Source: an uncultured bacterium (GTDB taxonomy: Bacteria > Patescibacteriota > Minisyncoccia > Moranbacterales > UBA2206). Taken from it: DNA of 64,000 bases. A model generated the notes under the pieces. It was not told the origin of the DNA. It searched no databases and worked only from the letters and a program-made list of their open reading frames with translations. Both the position numbers and the translations under genes were made by a program. Shown in pieces: positions 38,277-47,964 of the stretch (position 1 is its first letter; every line of letters starts with the position of its first letter). Location: contig CAIZXS010000009.1 of the NCBI GenBank assembly GCA_903937035.1, positions 11,141 through 75,140 on the forward strand, given 5' to 3'.

Positions 38277-39722
38277 ATGGATATGACTTGGAAAATTTAT
38301 ACACGAGGAACAATTTTCCCTCACTCATTCTCACTTTCCTTTAAAGCGCATCAGCTGTCAGAAAAGCTGATTGGCTTTAATTTTCTAGCTTTCTTCTATA
38401 TTAATATTGAAGATAAATTGTGGTGGGCATGGAAAGAAGACGATGTTCTTTTCCTAGGCGCTTCAATCCTCAAAAGATGTGAGACGAAGAGGGGGCAAGA
38501 AAGGGATTTTAAGAAATTTGATGAATTTTGCAAAAGAGCGCTAAAAGCGGCGGATAAAGTAAGAAGGATGGATCTGGGAAAATTTAGTGACAGAGAGTTG
38601 CTCGGACTGTACGATTATATTTACAAAGAATCTGCCAACGCGCATGGTCTCATGAATCCCTATATCGACGTAATTGATGTTGTTTTTGAAGATTTTTTGA
38701 TGGAAAAAATTAAGACTGAATTGAAAGCTGCAACAGAAGCTGAGGCGCTGAATGTTTACAAAGAGCTAACTGTCCCAAGCTGTTTGACGTATTTGATTAG
38801 AGAAGAAGAGGATATTATTCGAGGTATTATTAGTGGAAAATCAGTTGGGGAAATAGCTAAAACTATTTTTAAGAAATATTGGTGGATAAGTCTTGGGTGG
38901 GAAAATATGCATCCCCATAGCGAGCAGTATTTTGCGAAAAAAATTACAAAACATTTCAAGCTCAAAAATTTAGCTGAACGCTTGGGGAAAATAAAAAGCT
39001 ATGGTCGGGAGATAAAAAACAAAAGAAAAATAATAATCAAGCAATATGGGTTGTCAAAAAATATTGCGTATTGGCTGGATGTCTTGGACGAGCTGGCCTA
39101 TTATCATGATGTGAGAAAAGAGATGCAAATGAGAACTGTTTATGCGTCGCATCAGGTGCTGGAGGAGATTAGTAAGAGGATTGGTATTCCAGTGAAAAAT
39201 CTATTGTGGTTTTGGGAAGATGAGGTGAAAGAATTTTTGTTAAACAAATCGTTTGACAGGGAGGAACTAGAAAATAGAAAAAAAGCCTTTTTTAGTGTAG
39301 TGTATAAGGGTAGCACTTCTTGGTTATCAGGAGAGAAGGCTCTCAGTGAAAGCAAGAAGTATATTGGCCTAGAAAATGGGAAACATGATTTGGTAAGGGA
39401 ATTTAGGGGTTTTGCCGCATCCAAGGGGATGGTGAGGTCAAAAGTGAAAGTGTGCGCGGGATATGTAGAAGCTTTAAAGAAGGTAAAAAAAGGTGAAATT
39501 TTAGTGTGTGGAATGACTACACCTGACTATGTTCCTGCTATGCGAAAAGCTTCTGCTATAATAACAGATGAGGGTGGTATTACTTGCCATGCTGCGATTA
39601 TCAGTAGGGAGCTGGGCATTCCCTGTGTCGTGGGAACAAAAGTCGCTACTCAAGTTTTACATGATGGTGATTTGGTCGAGGTTGATGCGAATGTGGGAAT
39701 TATTAGAATTTTAAATAACTAA
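38277..39722 (+). CDS. PEP-utilizing-enzyme mobile domain protein (helical N-domain + swivel phosphohistidine domain)
   Basis: 481 aa with C-terminal 'GEILVCGMTTPDYVPAMRKASAIITDEGGITCHAAIISRELGIPCVVGT'. Confidence 0.75.
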   Translation: MDMTWKIYTRGTIFPHSFSLSFKAHQLSEKLIGFNFLAFFYINIEDKLWWAWKEDDVLFLGASILKRCETKRGQERDFKKFDEFCKRALKAADKVRRMDLGKFSDRELLGLYDYIYKESANAHGLMNPYIDVIDVVFEDFLMEKIKTELKAATEAEALNVYKELTVPSCLTYLIREEEDIIRGIISGKSVGEIAKTIFKKYWWISLGWENMHPHSEQYFAKKITKHFKLKNLAERLGKIKSYGREIKNKRKIIIKQYGLSKNIAYWLDVLDELAYYHDVRKEMQMRTVYASHQVLEEISKRIGIPVKNLLWFWEDEVKEFLLNKSFDREELENRKKAFFSVVYKGSTSWLSGEKALSESKKYIGLENGKHDLVREFRGFAASKGMVRSKVKVCAGYVEALKKVKKGEILVCGMTTPDYVPAMRKASAIITDEGGITCHAAIISRELGIPCVVGTKVATQVLHDGDLVEVDANVGIIRILNN

Positions 39723-39732
39723 AGTATTAGAG

Positions 39733-39872
39733 GACTTACGCGTTTGCCAAAAGCAAGCTTTTCCATAGCCAAGATTGGTTTAAAACCCTAGTGATTTTAG
39801 GGGCTAAAATAAACAAAAACAAGCTCTGAGACACCACGCGTTTTAAAGATTGTTTTTGGTAAAGGCGTAAGT
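39733..39872. mobile_element. MITE-like element, family 2, second copy
   Basis: Shares 'GACTTACGCGTTTGCCAAAAGCAAGCTT' on the left and 'GGTAAAGGCGTAAGT' on the right. Lies between 38277-39722 and murG. The spurious ORF 39736-39930 lies inside it. Confidence 0.65.
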
Positions 39873-39891
39873 TATATACTAGATAAATTTT

Positions 39892-40995
39892 ATGCGTATC
39901 ATTCTTGCTGGAGGAGGAACTGGTGGACATCTTACACCGCTTGTGGCGGTGGCGAGGAAGATCAGAGAAAAAGTTCCTGAAGTCGAGTTTTGTTTCATTG
40001 GACCAAAAGGAAAATTAGAAGATGATATTATGGGGCAAGAAAATATTCCTATTAGAAATATCCAGACAGGAAAGTTGCGACGCTATTTTTCTTTTCGAAA
40101 CATCTTGGATTTTTTCAAAATTCCATTGGGAATCGTGAAATCCATGTGGCTTTTATTGGTGTTGATGCCTGACGCCATTTTTTCCAAGGGAGGCTACGCT
40201 TCGTTTCCTGTCGTTGTCGCTGGTTGGCTATACCGCATTCCAATCCTCATTCATGAGTCTGATTCCAACCCGGGCTTGGCCAATTCGATGCTGGGAAAAT
40301 TTTCCAGCCGTGTTGCTGTGTCATATATGGAAGCAGAGAAATATTTTCCGGCTGCGCAGGTTGTGCTCACGGGAAATCCATTACGCGATAATATTAATAA
40401 GGGTAGCGTTGAAAAGGCACGACAATTTTTAGGTTTCACTGAATCACGAAAGATTATTTTTGTTTGGGGTGGGTCACAGGGAGCAAAGAATATCAATGAC
40501 AAAATCGTGCGTCTTCTTCCTCGGCTTTTGCATAAGTATCAGGTTGTTCATCAGGTTGGTGAAAATAATTTCGAGGAAGTTAGTCGTATGGCAGGGGAGC
40601 TTGGTTATAAGGTGGGGCATGATGGCTATTTTGCCGCGCCATTTTTCAAAGAAGAGCTAATAGATATTTTGGCAGCTGCGGATTTGGTCATTTCGAGGGC
40701 GGGGAGCACTTCTATTGCAGAAATCGCCGCCAATAAAAAACCGGCTATTATTATTCCATTGGAGACTTCTGCTAGTGATCATCAAAGAATGAATGCCTAT
40801 TCTTTGGCACGAATCGGTGGTTGTGTAGTGATGGAGGAAAATAATATGGGGGAGCATATGTTATTGGAAAAAATTGATGAAATTATGGATAACGAAACAT
40901 TGCGCAATAACCTCTCCGCAAATATCGGGACATTTTATCATCCGGATGCGGCAGAAAAAATCGCAGATGGAATTTTAGGAATGATTAAAGAATAA
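39892..40995 (+). CDS. murG: Undecaprenyldiphospho-muramoylpentapeptide beta-N-acetylglucosaminyltransferase
   Basis: 367 aa. 'MRIILAGGGTGGHLTPLVAVA' and C-terminal 'GAGSTSIAEIAANKKPAIIIP' motifs. Adjacent to murC. Confidence 0.85.
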   Translation: MRIILAGGGTGGHLTPLVAVARKIREKVPEVEFCFIGPKGKLEDDIMGQENIPIRNIQTGKLRRYFSFRNILDFFKIPLGIVKSMWLLLVLMPDAIFSKGGYASFPVVVAGWLYRIPILIHESDSNPGLANSMLGKFSSRVAVSYMEAEKYFPAAQVVLTGNPLRDNINKGSVEKARQFLGFTESRKIIFVWGGSQGAKNINDKIVRLLPRLLHKYQVVHQVGENNFEEVSRMAGELGYKVGHDGYFAAPFFKEELIDILAAADLVISRAGSTSIAEIAANKKPAIIIPLETSASDHQRMNAYSLARIGGCVVMEENNMGEHMLLEKIDEIMDNETLRNNLSANIGTFYHPDAAEKIADGILGMIKE

Positions 40996-41004
40996 AATAA
41001 CTAT

Positions 41005-42399
41005 ATGGAACTAGATTTAAGAAAATTAAAGAAAGTCTATGTGATCGGCATCAAGGGTTCTGGTGTTGTCGGTGTGGTGGAAATTTTGAACTCCGAAGGA
41101 ATTGAAGTGACGGGCTCGGATACGGCAGAAAAATTTTTCACGGATGAAGTTTTACAAAAAAACAAAATTAAATATTTTGAGAATTTTTCAGTTGAAAATA
41201 TTCCCAAGGATGTCGATTTGGTGATTTACTCTACTGTCTATAATGTGAAAAATAATGTCGAATTTCAGGAAGCCTTGAAAAGAAAATTGCCCATGCTCAG
41301 TTATCCCGAGATACTTGCTCAGTTGTTTAATGTTAAATATGGCATTGCGATTTGTGGGACACATGGAAAAACGACTACCTCGGCGTGGCTTGCTAATACT
41401 TTGAAAGAGCTCGGCGCTGATCCTTCGGCTGCGATTGGTAGCCGAGTGACAAATTGGGGTGGCAATGCACTAATTGGTGAGGGTGAATTTTTTGTGATGG
41501 AAGCAGATGAGTATCAAAATAAATTAGCGCGCTATAATCCTAATGGCGTCATCCTGACGAGTTGTGATTATGATCATCCGGATTTTTTTCTTGATTTTGA
41601 TTCGTATAAACAAGTGTTTAAGGATTTTGTGGCGCGTATTCCCAAAACTGGTTTTTTAGTTGTTTGTGGTGACGCGACGAACACATTAGAGGTTGCAAAA
41701 TCAGCTACTTGTGCGGTTTTGACCTATGGTTTTTCTACTGATTGTGATTATCAGATTTCTAATTTAGAATTGAAAAAAGAAAATGAATTACATGTTCAAT
41801 CTTTTGATGTCTTGCGGGGAGAAGATTTGCTTGGTAGGTTCGAGATTGGACTAGTAGGGAAGCATAATGTATTGAATGCTCTTGCTGTGATTGTCGTTTG
41901 CCATAAGCTTAATTTTGGTGCGGAAAAAATTCAGGAAACGCTTAGATTATTTCGTGGAACATCGCGGAGGTTTGAATTTATTGGCTCGAGGCATGGCGCA
42001 ATTTTGATTGATGATTATGGGCATCATCCGGATGAAATTCGTGCGACGCTGAGCGCTGCGCGTGGCCTATATCCGGAAAAAAATATTTGGGCGGCTTTTC
42101 ATCCGCACACTTTCACTCGCACCAAAGCTTTGCTTTCTGAATTTTCACAAAGCTTTGCTGATGCGGATAGGGTGATAATTTTGGATATCTATGGTAGCGC
42201 GCGTGAAGCGCAAGGTGGTGTGCATTCCAAAGACTTGGTGGAGCTAGTTAATAAATATGATAGAGGAAAAGCGGAATACATTGCAACAATCGATGAAGCG
42301 GTGGGATTTCTCAAAGACAAAATTGGCTCAGATGATGTCGTCATCGCTATTGGCGCCGGAAATGTCTGGGAGGTGGTATCGAAGTTAAAAGAAAAATAA
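41005..42399 (+). CDS. murC: UDP-N-acetylmuramate--L-alanine ligase
   Basis: 464 aa. 'GIKGSGVVGVVEIL' Rossmann and 'ICGTHGKTTTSAWLA' Mur-ligase P-loop. Confidence 0.85.
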   Translation: MELDLRKLKKVYVIGIKGSGVVGVVEILNSEGIEVTGSDTAEKFFTDEVLQKNKIKYFENFSVENIPKDVDLVIYSTVYNVKNNVEFQEALKRKLPMLSYPEILAQLFNVKYGIAICGTHGKTTTSAWLANTLKELGADPSAAIGSRVTNWGGNALIGEGEFFVMEADEYQNKLARYNPNGVILTSCDYDHPDFFLDFDSYKQVFKDFVARIPKTGFLVVCGDATNTLEVAKSATCAVLTYGFSTDCDYQISNLELKKENELHVQSFDVLRGEDLLGRFEIGLVGKHNVLNALAVIVVCHKLNFGAEKIQETLRLFRGTSRRFEFIGSRHGAILIDDYGHHPDEIRATLSAARGLYPEKNIWAAFHPHTFTRTKALLSEFSQSFADADRVIILDIYGSAREAQGGVHSKDLVELVNKYDRGKAEYIATIDEAVGFLKDKIGSDDVVIAIGAGNVWEVVSKLKEK

Positions 42400-42418
42400 A
42401 AATATAGTAAAAATAAAA

Positions 42419-45265
42419 ATGCCAAAACATGTATCCGCCTTGGGCGGAAAAAAACAAATTTACAATCTCACTCCCGAAGAAGTCTTGAAAAAATTCAATT
42501 CAAATCAGGATGGATTGAGTTTGGACGAAGCGAAAAACAGGCTAACTGAGTTTGGAGAAAATAAGATCACTAAAAAGCAAAATTGGAAATGGTTGAAATT
42601 AATTTTCGCTCAATTTAATGATGCACTGGTTTGGATTTTGCTTGTGGCAGCGGGACTGGCTTTGGCTTTTGGGGAATATCGCGATGCGACAATTATTTCC
42701 ATTATCGTTCTTTTGAATGCTACGGTTGGTTTTTTTCAGGAGTTCAAGGCGGACCGAGTTTTGGAAAGCATTAAAAAGTTAACAGCTAGTTACGCACTTG
42801 TGTTTCGCTTGAGCGAGAAAAGACAGCTTGATACGAAGCTGGTTGTGCCTGGGGATATTGTTTTTATCGCGGCTGGCGATAGTATCGCAGCGGATGGATA
42901 TATTTTGGAAAGTTATGACTTGAAAGTTAATAGTTTCATTTTTACTGGGGAATCGAAACCAAAAAGGAAAGAATCAAAAATAATCGAGGACAACGGTGTA
43001 GTTTTTGCTGATATTGATAATATGGTTTTTATGGGGGAGACGGTGGCAACTGGCGAAGCAAGATTTGTGGTGACAGGCACTGGAATGAATACGGAGCTTG
43101 GGCGCATCGCGCATCTTACGCAAGAAGTTGAAAATGATCTGACGCCACTTCAAAAGCAAATGCGTACGCTTGGACGGGATGTGACAATTCTCTCTGTTTT
43201 CATCGGCATTGTAGTTCTTGTCGCTGGGCAATATTTCAAGATGTCTCTCTATCAGAATTTTCTATTTGCCCTAGCTCTCTCAGTTTCTGTCGTTCCAGAG
43301 GGGTTGCCAGCGGCCATTTCCGTGGCGCTGTCTTTTGGTATGAAGCGCCTTATTAAAGAAAATGTGTTGGCTAAAAAATTAAATGCTGTTGAGACTCTCG
43401 GTTCCGTCTCAATGATATGTACGGATAAAACCGGAACGATTACTCGCAATGAATTGGCTGTGACGAAGATTGTAATCAATGGAGAGCTTTTGGAGTTGGA
43501 TGGAGCGGGTTATGTTCCAGCTGGAAATTTTTATTATAAGGGTGAAAAAATTGATCCGAAAGTCGTTCCTAACCTGGAATTGCTATTTAAAATAGGAACG
43601 CTTTGCAATGATGCTAGTCTTGCGTATGACGAAAAAAGCTATAAGATAATTGGCGATCCGACGGAAGGAGCGATTATTGTGGCGGGGCAAAAATATAATA
43701 AGACAAAAAAAATCTACGAGAGAGGGGAGAAGAAGGTTGATGAAAATCCATTTTCTTCAGAGCGAATGCGGATGAGCGTGATATATTCATCTCCCACCAC
43801 TTTTTCACGTAGCTCTCGGCTTGGCAGTGGTGTAACGGGCGAAAAAGTGGTGGGGGATAAAAATGCCAAAACAATCTCCTATGTCAAGGGCTCGCCAGAT
43901 GTAATGATTGATCTTTGTAATTTTATCAAAATCGGGGAAAGTATTTTGCCTTTCAATGAGGAGGAAAAAAACAACGCTAGGTTGATGTATAATCAAATGT
44001 CAAAAGATGCTCTGCGTGTCTTGGCTTTTGCTTATCGCGATCTGGGTGGATTTTCGGAAAATAAATACTTACTGGAAGCGGAAAAAGGTTTGGTTTGGGT
44101 GGGAATGATGGCGATGATTGATCCACCGCGTGCGAATGTGGGGAACGCAATCGCGGAGTGTAGAAACTTAGGCATCAGCGTTGTTATGATTACGGGTGAT
44201 TATGAAATAACGGCGAAAGCGATTGCAGAAAATGTGGGACTGATCAGTGAACAAAAATCAGTGAACAGTAATCAGGAATTGGGAAATAATTTAGTTATCA
44301 ACGGTAAACAACTTGATGAGATATCTGACAAGGAATTATATCAAAAAATCAAAAAAGGCGTTTGTGTTTTTGCGCGGATTGCGCCGGAGCAGAAATTGCG
44401 GATTGCAACAGTGCTCAAAAAAAATGGCGAAGTTGTTGCTATGACAGGAGATGGTGTGAATGATGCACCCGCGCTCAAAAAAGCCGATATTGGTGTCGCC
44501 ATGGGAATCATCGGTACGGACGTTTCGAAAGAAGCGGCAAGTATGATTCTTATGGACGACAATTTTGCTTCAATTGTGAAAGGTGTGCGAGTTGGCCGAA
44601 CGGTTTTTCAGAATCTCAAAAAATTTGTACACTACGTTTTTACTTCCAATGCTAGCGAGTTATTTACGGTGATTATCGGCGTGCTTTTGCAAATTCCTTC
44701 TCCAATTTCGGCTGTGCAAATTTTGGCAGTTGATTTGGGGACAGATATCTTTCCGTCCTTCGCGCTTGGCCTTGAGCCAGAAGAGCCGGGAACATCAAAA
44801 ACGGGATTGAATTCCAAAAATAGTGTGATGAGTTTTGGCGGTTTTCGCCGGATTATCTATCTTGGATTGATTATGGCAACAGGCGCGGTCGTAGCGTTTA
44901 TTTGGTCAATGCTTCGTGGTGGCTGGTATTTTGGTGAGAGTTTTTCTGTGGATAGTGTCTTGTATCTTAAATCGACTACAGCGGCTTACGCGGTCCTTTC
45001 GATGACACAGATGGCCAATCTTTTGCAGGCGCGTAGCGAAACACTTTCACCGTTCCAATTAGGATTTTTCAAGAATATTTATGCGATTGGTTCGATCGTA
45101 GTATCCTTTGTGATCTTGCTTCTTTTTATGTATTTGCCGTTCTGCCAGGAATACCTGCGAATGCTTCCGATTGATGGAAAGGATTGGCTTGTTGTTTTAG
45201 GCTCATTTTTGGCGGTCTTTTTCTGGGAAGAAGTGCGTAAAGATGATAGACAGAAGGGAATATGA
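42419..45265 (+). CDS. P-type cation-transporting ATPase (type II, Ca2+/Mg2+-like)
   Basis: 948 aa. 'ICTDKTGTITRNEL' (DKTGT), 'MITGDYEITAKAIA', 'GDGVNDAPALKKADIGVAMG', and about 10 TM helices. Confidence 0.85.
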   Translation: MPKHVSALGGKKQIYNLTPEEVLKKFNSNQDGLSLDEAKNRLTEFGENKITKKQNWKWLKLIFAQFNDALVWILLVAAGLALAFGEYRDATIISIIVLLNATVGFFQEFKADRVLESIKKLTASYALVFRLSEKRQLDTKLVVPGDIVFIAAGDSIAADGYILESYDLKVNSFIFTGESKPKRKESKIIEDNGVVFADIDNMVFMGETVATGEARFVVTGTGMNTELGRIAHLTQEVENDLTPLQKQMRTLGRDVTILSVFIGIVVLVAGQYFKMSLYQNFLFALALSVSVVPEGLPAAISVALSFGMKRLIKENVLAKKLNAVETLGSVSMICTDKTGTITRNELAVTKIVINGELLELDGAGYVPAGNFYYKGEKIDPKVVPNLELLFKIGTLCNDASLAYDEKSYKIIGDPTEGAIIVAGQKYNKTKKIYERGEKKVDENPFSSERMRMSVIYSSPTTFSRSSRLGSGVTGEKVVGDKNAKTISYVKGSPDVMIDLCNFIKIGESILPFNEEEKNNARLMYNQMSKDALRVLAFAYRDLGGFSENKYLLEAEKGLVWVGMMAMIDPPRANVGNAIAECRNLGISVVMITGDYEITAKAIAENVGLISEQKSVNSNQELGNNLVINGKQLDEISDKELYQKIKKGVCVFARIAPEQKLRIATVLKKNGEVVAMTGDGVNDAPALKKADIGVAMGIIGTDVSKEAASMILMDDNFASIVKGVRVGRTVFQNLKKFVHYVFTSNASELFTVIIGVLLQIPSPISAVQILAVDLGTDIFPSFALGLEPEEPGTSKTGLNSKNSVMSFGGFRRIIYLGLIMATGAVVAFIWSMLRGGWYFGESFSVDSVLYLKSTTAAYAVLSMTQMANLLQARSETLSPFQLGFFKNIYAIGSIVVSFVILLLFMYLPFCQEYLRMLPIDGKDWLVVLGSFLAVFFWEEVRKDDRQKGI

Positions 45266-45318
45266 TTTGGATGGTTTTTGTGTTAGAATGGTAGTATAAA
45301 TAGAGCCAAGATAATTAT

Positions 45319-46290
45319 ATGCTAACCATTCAAAAAAACATTCCACTTGCACCACTTACCACTTTCAAAATCGGCGGACCGGCGAAGTTTTTTTGTGCGA
45401 TAAGGAATGAATATGAACTTTTAGAAGCACTAAATTTTGCCCATGAAAGTAAGCTGGAAATTTTCATGCTTGGCGGGGGGAGTAATGTTTTATTTAGTGA
45501 CAAGGGTTTTGATGGGTTGGTGATTAAGCCGCAATCGTCAGAAGTCAACGAGCAGGAATCAGCGAACAGTAGGCAAGGGGGAATTGAAATTGCAGGAGAA
45601 GCTATCGAGTGTTGGGCGGGAGAGAATCTTTCGCGCATAGTCAATCTTGCTAAAGAAAATAGTTTCACAGGAATGGAATGGGCAATTGGGATTCCTGGCA
45701 CGGTTGGTGGTGCTATTCGTGGCAATGCTGGCGCTTTTGGCGGAGAGATAGCGAACAATATTGAAAGTGTGCGTGCGCTAGAAATTTTTGGCAGTCGTAC
45801 TAATATCGTGGAGTATAAAAAAGCGGACTGTAATTTTTCCTATCGAAATAGCTTTTTTAAGGAAACCCCCGGAATGATTGTTTTATCGGCTAAGCTAAAA
45901 GCTGCAAAAGGCGAAAAAGAGACAATCGAAAAAAAGATGCAAGAAATTATCAAGATTCGCACAGAGCATCAGCCAAAAGGCTTTAGTTCTGGTAGTTTTT
46001 TTCAAAATCCAGTGACAGAAAATCAAGAATTGATTGCGGGATTCGAAAAGGATACTGGGGCAAAAGCTAGGGACGGAGTGATTCCGGCTGGCTGGCTGAT
46101 CGAAGAAGCTGGCTTTAAGGGGAAAAAAATTGGCGGAGTAATGGTGAGCGAGAAGCATGCTAATTTTTTTATCAACGACGGAACGGGCACTGCAGAGGAT
46201 GTTGTAATTCTTGCCGGAATAATCAAGCAGAAGATACGAGAAGAATTTGATACTCAAATCAAAGAAGAGATCATTTATGTCGGATTCTAG
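45319..46290 (+). CDS. murB: UDP-N-acetylenolpyruvoylglucosamine reductase
   Basis: 323 aa with an FAD-binding N-terminus 'PLAPLTTFKIGGPAKFF', 'LGGGSNVLFSD', and a MurB C-terminal domain. Confidence 0.8.
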   Translation: MLTIQKNIPLAPLTTFKIGGPAKFFCAIRNEYELLEALNFAHESKLEIFMLGGGSNVLFSDKGFDGLVIKPQSSEVNEQESANSRQGGIEIAGEAIECWAGENLSRIVNLAKENSFTGMEWAIGIPGTVGGAIRGNAGAFGGEIANNIESVRALEIFGSRTNIVEYKKADCNFSYRNSFFKETPGMIVLSAKLKAAKGEKETIEKKMQEIIKIRTEHQPKGFSSGSFFQNPVTENQELIAGFEKDTGAKARDGVIPAGWLIEEAGFKGKKIGGVMVSEKHANFFINDGTGTAEDVVILAGIIKQKIREEFDTQIKEEIIYVGF

Positions 46291-46365
46291 TTATAGATTA
46301 GTCTAATTAACATATCGGGGTTTTAGGGAAAAAGTCATTTTCCTCATAATCTCGATCAAAAACAT

Positions 46366-46740
46366 ATGGTAGTTAAAAAACCACAAAGCATGAGAATGAT
46401 GTTTAAGGGTATGGAATCGAACAAGAAGGCCGAGGCCTATATTGAAAAAAGATTACAAAAAGTCAATCGAATAATCAAGACTGTTTTGGAGTTTGAGGTG
46501 GAAATTTGCCTAGATAAAAAGGGTAAGTATCGCGTAGAATTAATGGTAAAGACTCCCTACGCGCTTTACCGAGCGGAAGAAATATCCGAAAGCATTGAAG
46601 GCTCAGCTGACATTGCTTGTGAGGAATTGACATTGCAAATCGTGAAAGACAAAAGCAAAATGATTGACCTCAAAAGACGCGGCGCAAGATCGTTGAAGAA
46701 AAAAATTGTACTGGATGAGGATGCGAGGTTTAAGAAATAA
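46366..46740 (+). CDS. Ribosome hibernation promoting factor / RaiA (YfiA) family, short form
   Basis: 124 aa; 'AEAYIEKRLQKVNRI...VEICLDKKGKYRVELMVKT...YRAEEISESIEGSADIACEEL' follows the HPF beta-alpha-beta-beta-beta-alpha pattern. The real start may be an internal Met (MRMMFKGM). Confidence 0.6.
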   Translation: MVVKKPQSMRMMFKGMESNKKAEAYIEKRLQKVNRIIKTVLEFEVEICLDKKGKYRVELMVKTPYALYRAEEISESIEGSADIACEELTLQIVKDKSKMIDLKRRGARSLKKKIVLDEDARFKK

Positions 46741-46780
46741 AATGAAATTTTAGAAAGTTAATTTTTAAAAGGGGAATAAA

Positions 46781-47221
46781 ATGAAGGATTTTTTTAAGCC
46801 AAATAAGACAATTATCATTATATTGTTTATGGTTATCATTTCTGTGGGTGTTATTTTTGTCGCCCCTCAGTTAATAGGCCCGGGAGGTGAGAATTGCTTC
46901 GGTGGCTGTAGATCACCTATAATCGATGTCGTTACAACGAAAATTCTTTGGCTTATTTTTATTCCGTTAGGCCTTGTTCTGCATTCTATCGGTGTTGGTG
47001 GTCCTGACGATTTTCTTGATGGATTGGCTATGCTTTTTTCGGTATTGGCGTATCTTTACCTAATTTCATGTATTTTAAATTTTATAATTTATAAAATTAG
47101 AACAAGAAATGAAGAAATTAGTTACGAAAAACAAAAAAGCGATGCCATTACTAGTGTGCTTATCGTTGTCTTAGTAATTATTGCAGGAATTATAGAATTA
47201 GTATTTTCAAGAAAAATGTAA
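46781..47221 (+). CDS. Small integral membrane protein (hypothetical)
   Basis: 146 aa with 4 predicted TM segments. RBS 'AAAGGGGAA'. Confidence 0.5.
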   Translation: MKDFFKPNKTIIIILFMVIISVGVIFVAPQLIGPGGENCFGGCRSPIIDVVTTKILWLIFIPLGLVLHSIGVGGPDDFLDGLAMLFSVLAYLYLISCILNFIIYKIRTRNEEISYEKQKSDAITSVLIVVLVIIAGIIELVFSRKM

Positions 47222-47231
47222 ATAAAAAGTT

Positions 47232-47270
47232 GACTTGACAGGCTTGACCATTTTTTGCTAGAGTGAAAAC
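47232..47270 (+). promoter_or_regulatory. Sigma70-like promoter (TTGACA-18-TAGAGT) driving a long structured leader
   Basis: 'ttgacaggcttgaccattttttgctagagtg' lies ~230 nt upstream of the 47495 start codon. Confidence 0.4.
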
Positions 47271-47494
47271 GTAAATATTTTAAACACATGCAAAAGGCTA
47301 AAAGAACAATTTCTCAAGGTTTTCCAGTTCCGGCAAGGGCAGGCTGCTTTTGTGTGTTTGGAATCGGAGATTAAACTTCATCATTACAAACAGACATGAA
47401 ACAGCTTGCCTTTTGTGAGCTGTTTTTTTGTTCTTTGGTAGAGGTGTTTCTGTTTTTTACTTTATTGTTTCAACGAGAATGAAAGGAGTAAGCG

Positions 47495-47842
47495 ATGGAC
47501 TACGAAATAGGAAAACTTAATTTGGGACAAGCAGAAGAAGTCAGTGTATTGTTGAGGGAAAAAGGCATTGAAAAAACTGTTGATGAAATTTTAACTTCCA
47601 AGTGTCTCGTGGCGATTGATGAAAGTGGAAACATTATTTCTTTTGCTGAGCATATTGGTCAGGACAAAGCCGATGTGCATCATTTCAGGGCGCTAAGTAA
47701 AAAAGAAAAAACGAGAATAAAAGTTGGATTTTTCTCGGTAATTTTTAGGAAGCAAGTATGGGAGAGCAAGGGACCTATTGAAGTTGGTACCGAGACTGAA
47801 ATTACTGAGAATCATGGCGGCTATATGTTTCCTGGAGGATGA
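47495..47842 (+). CDS. Hypothetical protein
   Basis: 115 aa with RBS 'GAAAGGAG'. Preceded by a ~230-nt leader with a sigma70-like promoter. Confidence 0.45.
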   Translation: MDYEIGKLNLGQAEEVSVLLREKGIEKTVDEILTSKCLVAIDESGNIISFAEHIGQDKADVHHFRALSKKEKTRIKVGFFSVIFRKQVWESKGPIEVGTETEITENHGGYMFPGG

Positions 47843-47865
47843 ACTTTTCCAAGTAAAAACAGAAA

Positions 47866-47900
47866 AATTATGAGAGCGGTCAACGCGCCGCTCTCATAAT
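47866..47900 (+). terminator. Probable terminator after 47495-47842
   Basis: TGAGAGCGG-tcaacgc-GCCGCTCTCA, followed by an interrupted T-run. Confidence 0.45.
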
Positions 47901-47964
47901 GAAATTTTTGACAAATAAGCTAATAAAACCTATTCTTAAACTAATAATTATAATATACATAACT

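Noticed and set aside
28558-39722. Interpretation of the swivel-domain genes as fragments of a disrupted ppsA/ppdK
   Set aside because: Each module is a complete ORF with its own start and an intact catalytic His. The N-terminal domains are mutually divergent rather than collinear pieces of one gene. No PEP/pyruvate-binding TIM-barrel remnant is present. Simple gene decay therefore does not explain the pattern, although it cannot be fully excluded without database searches.
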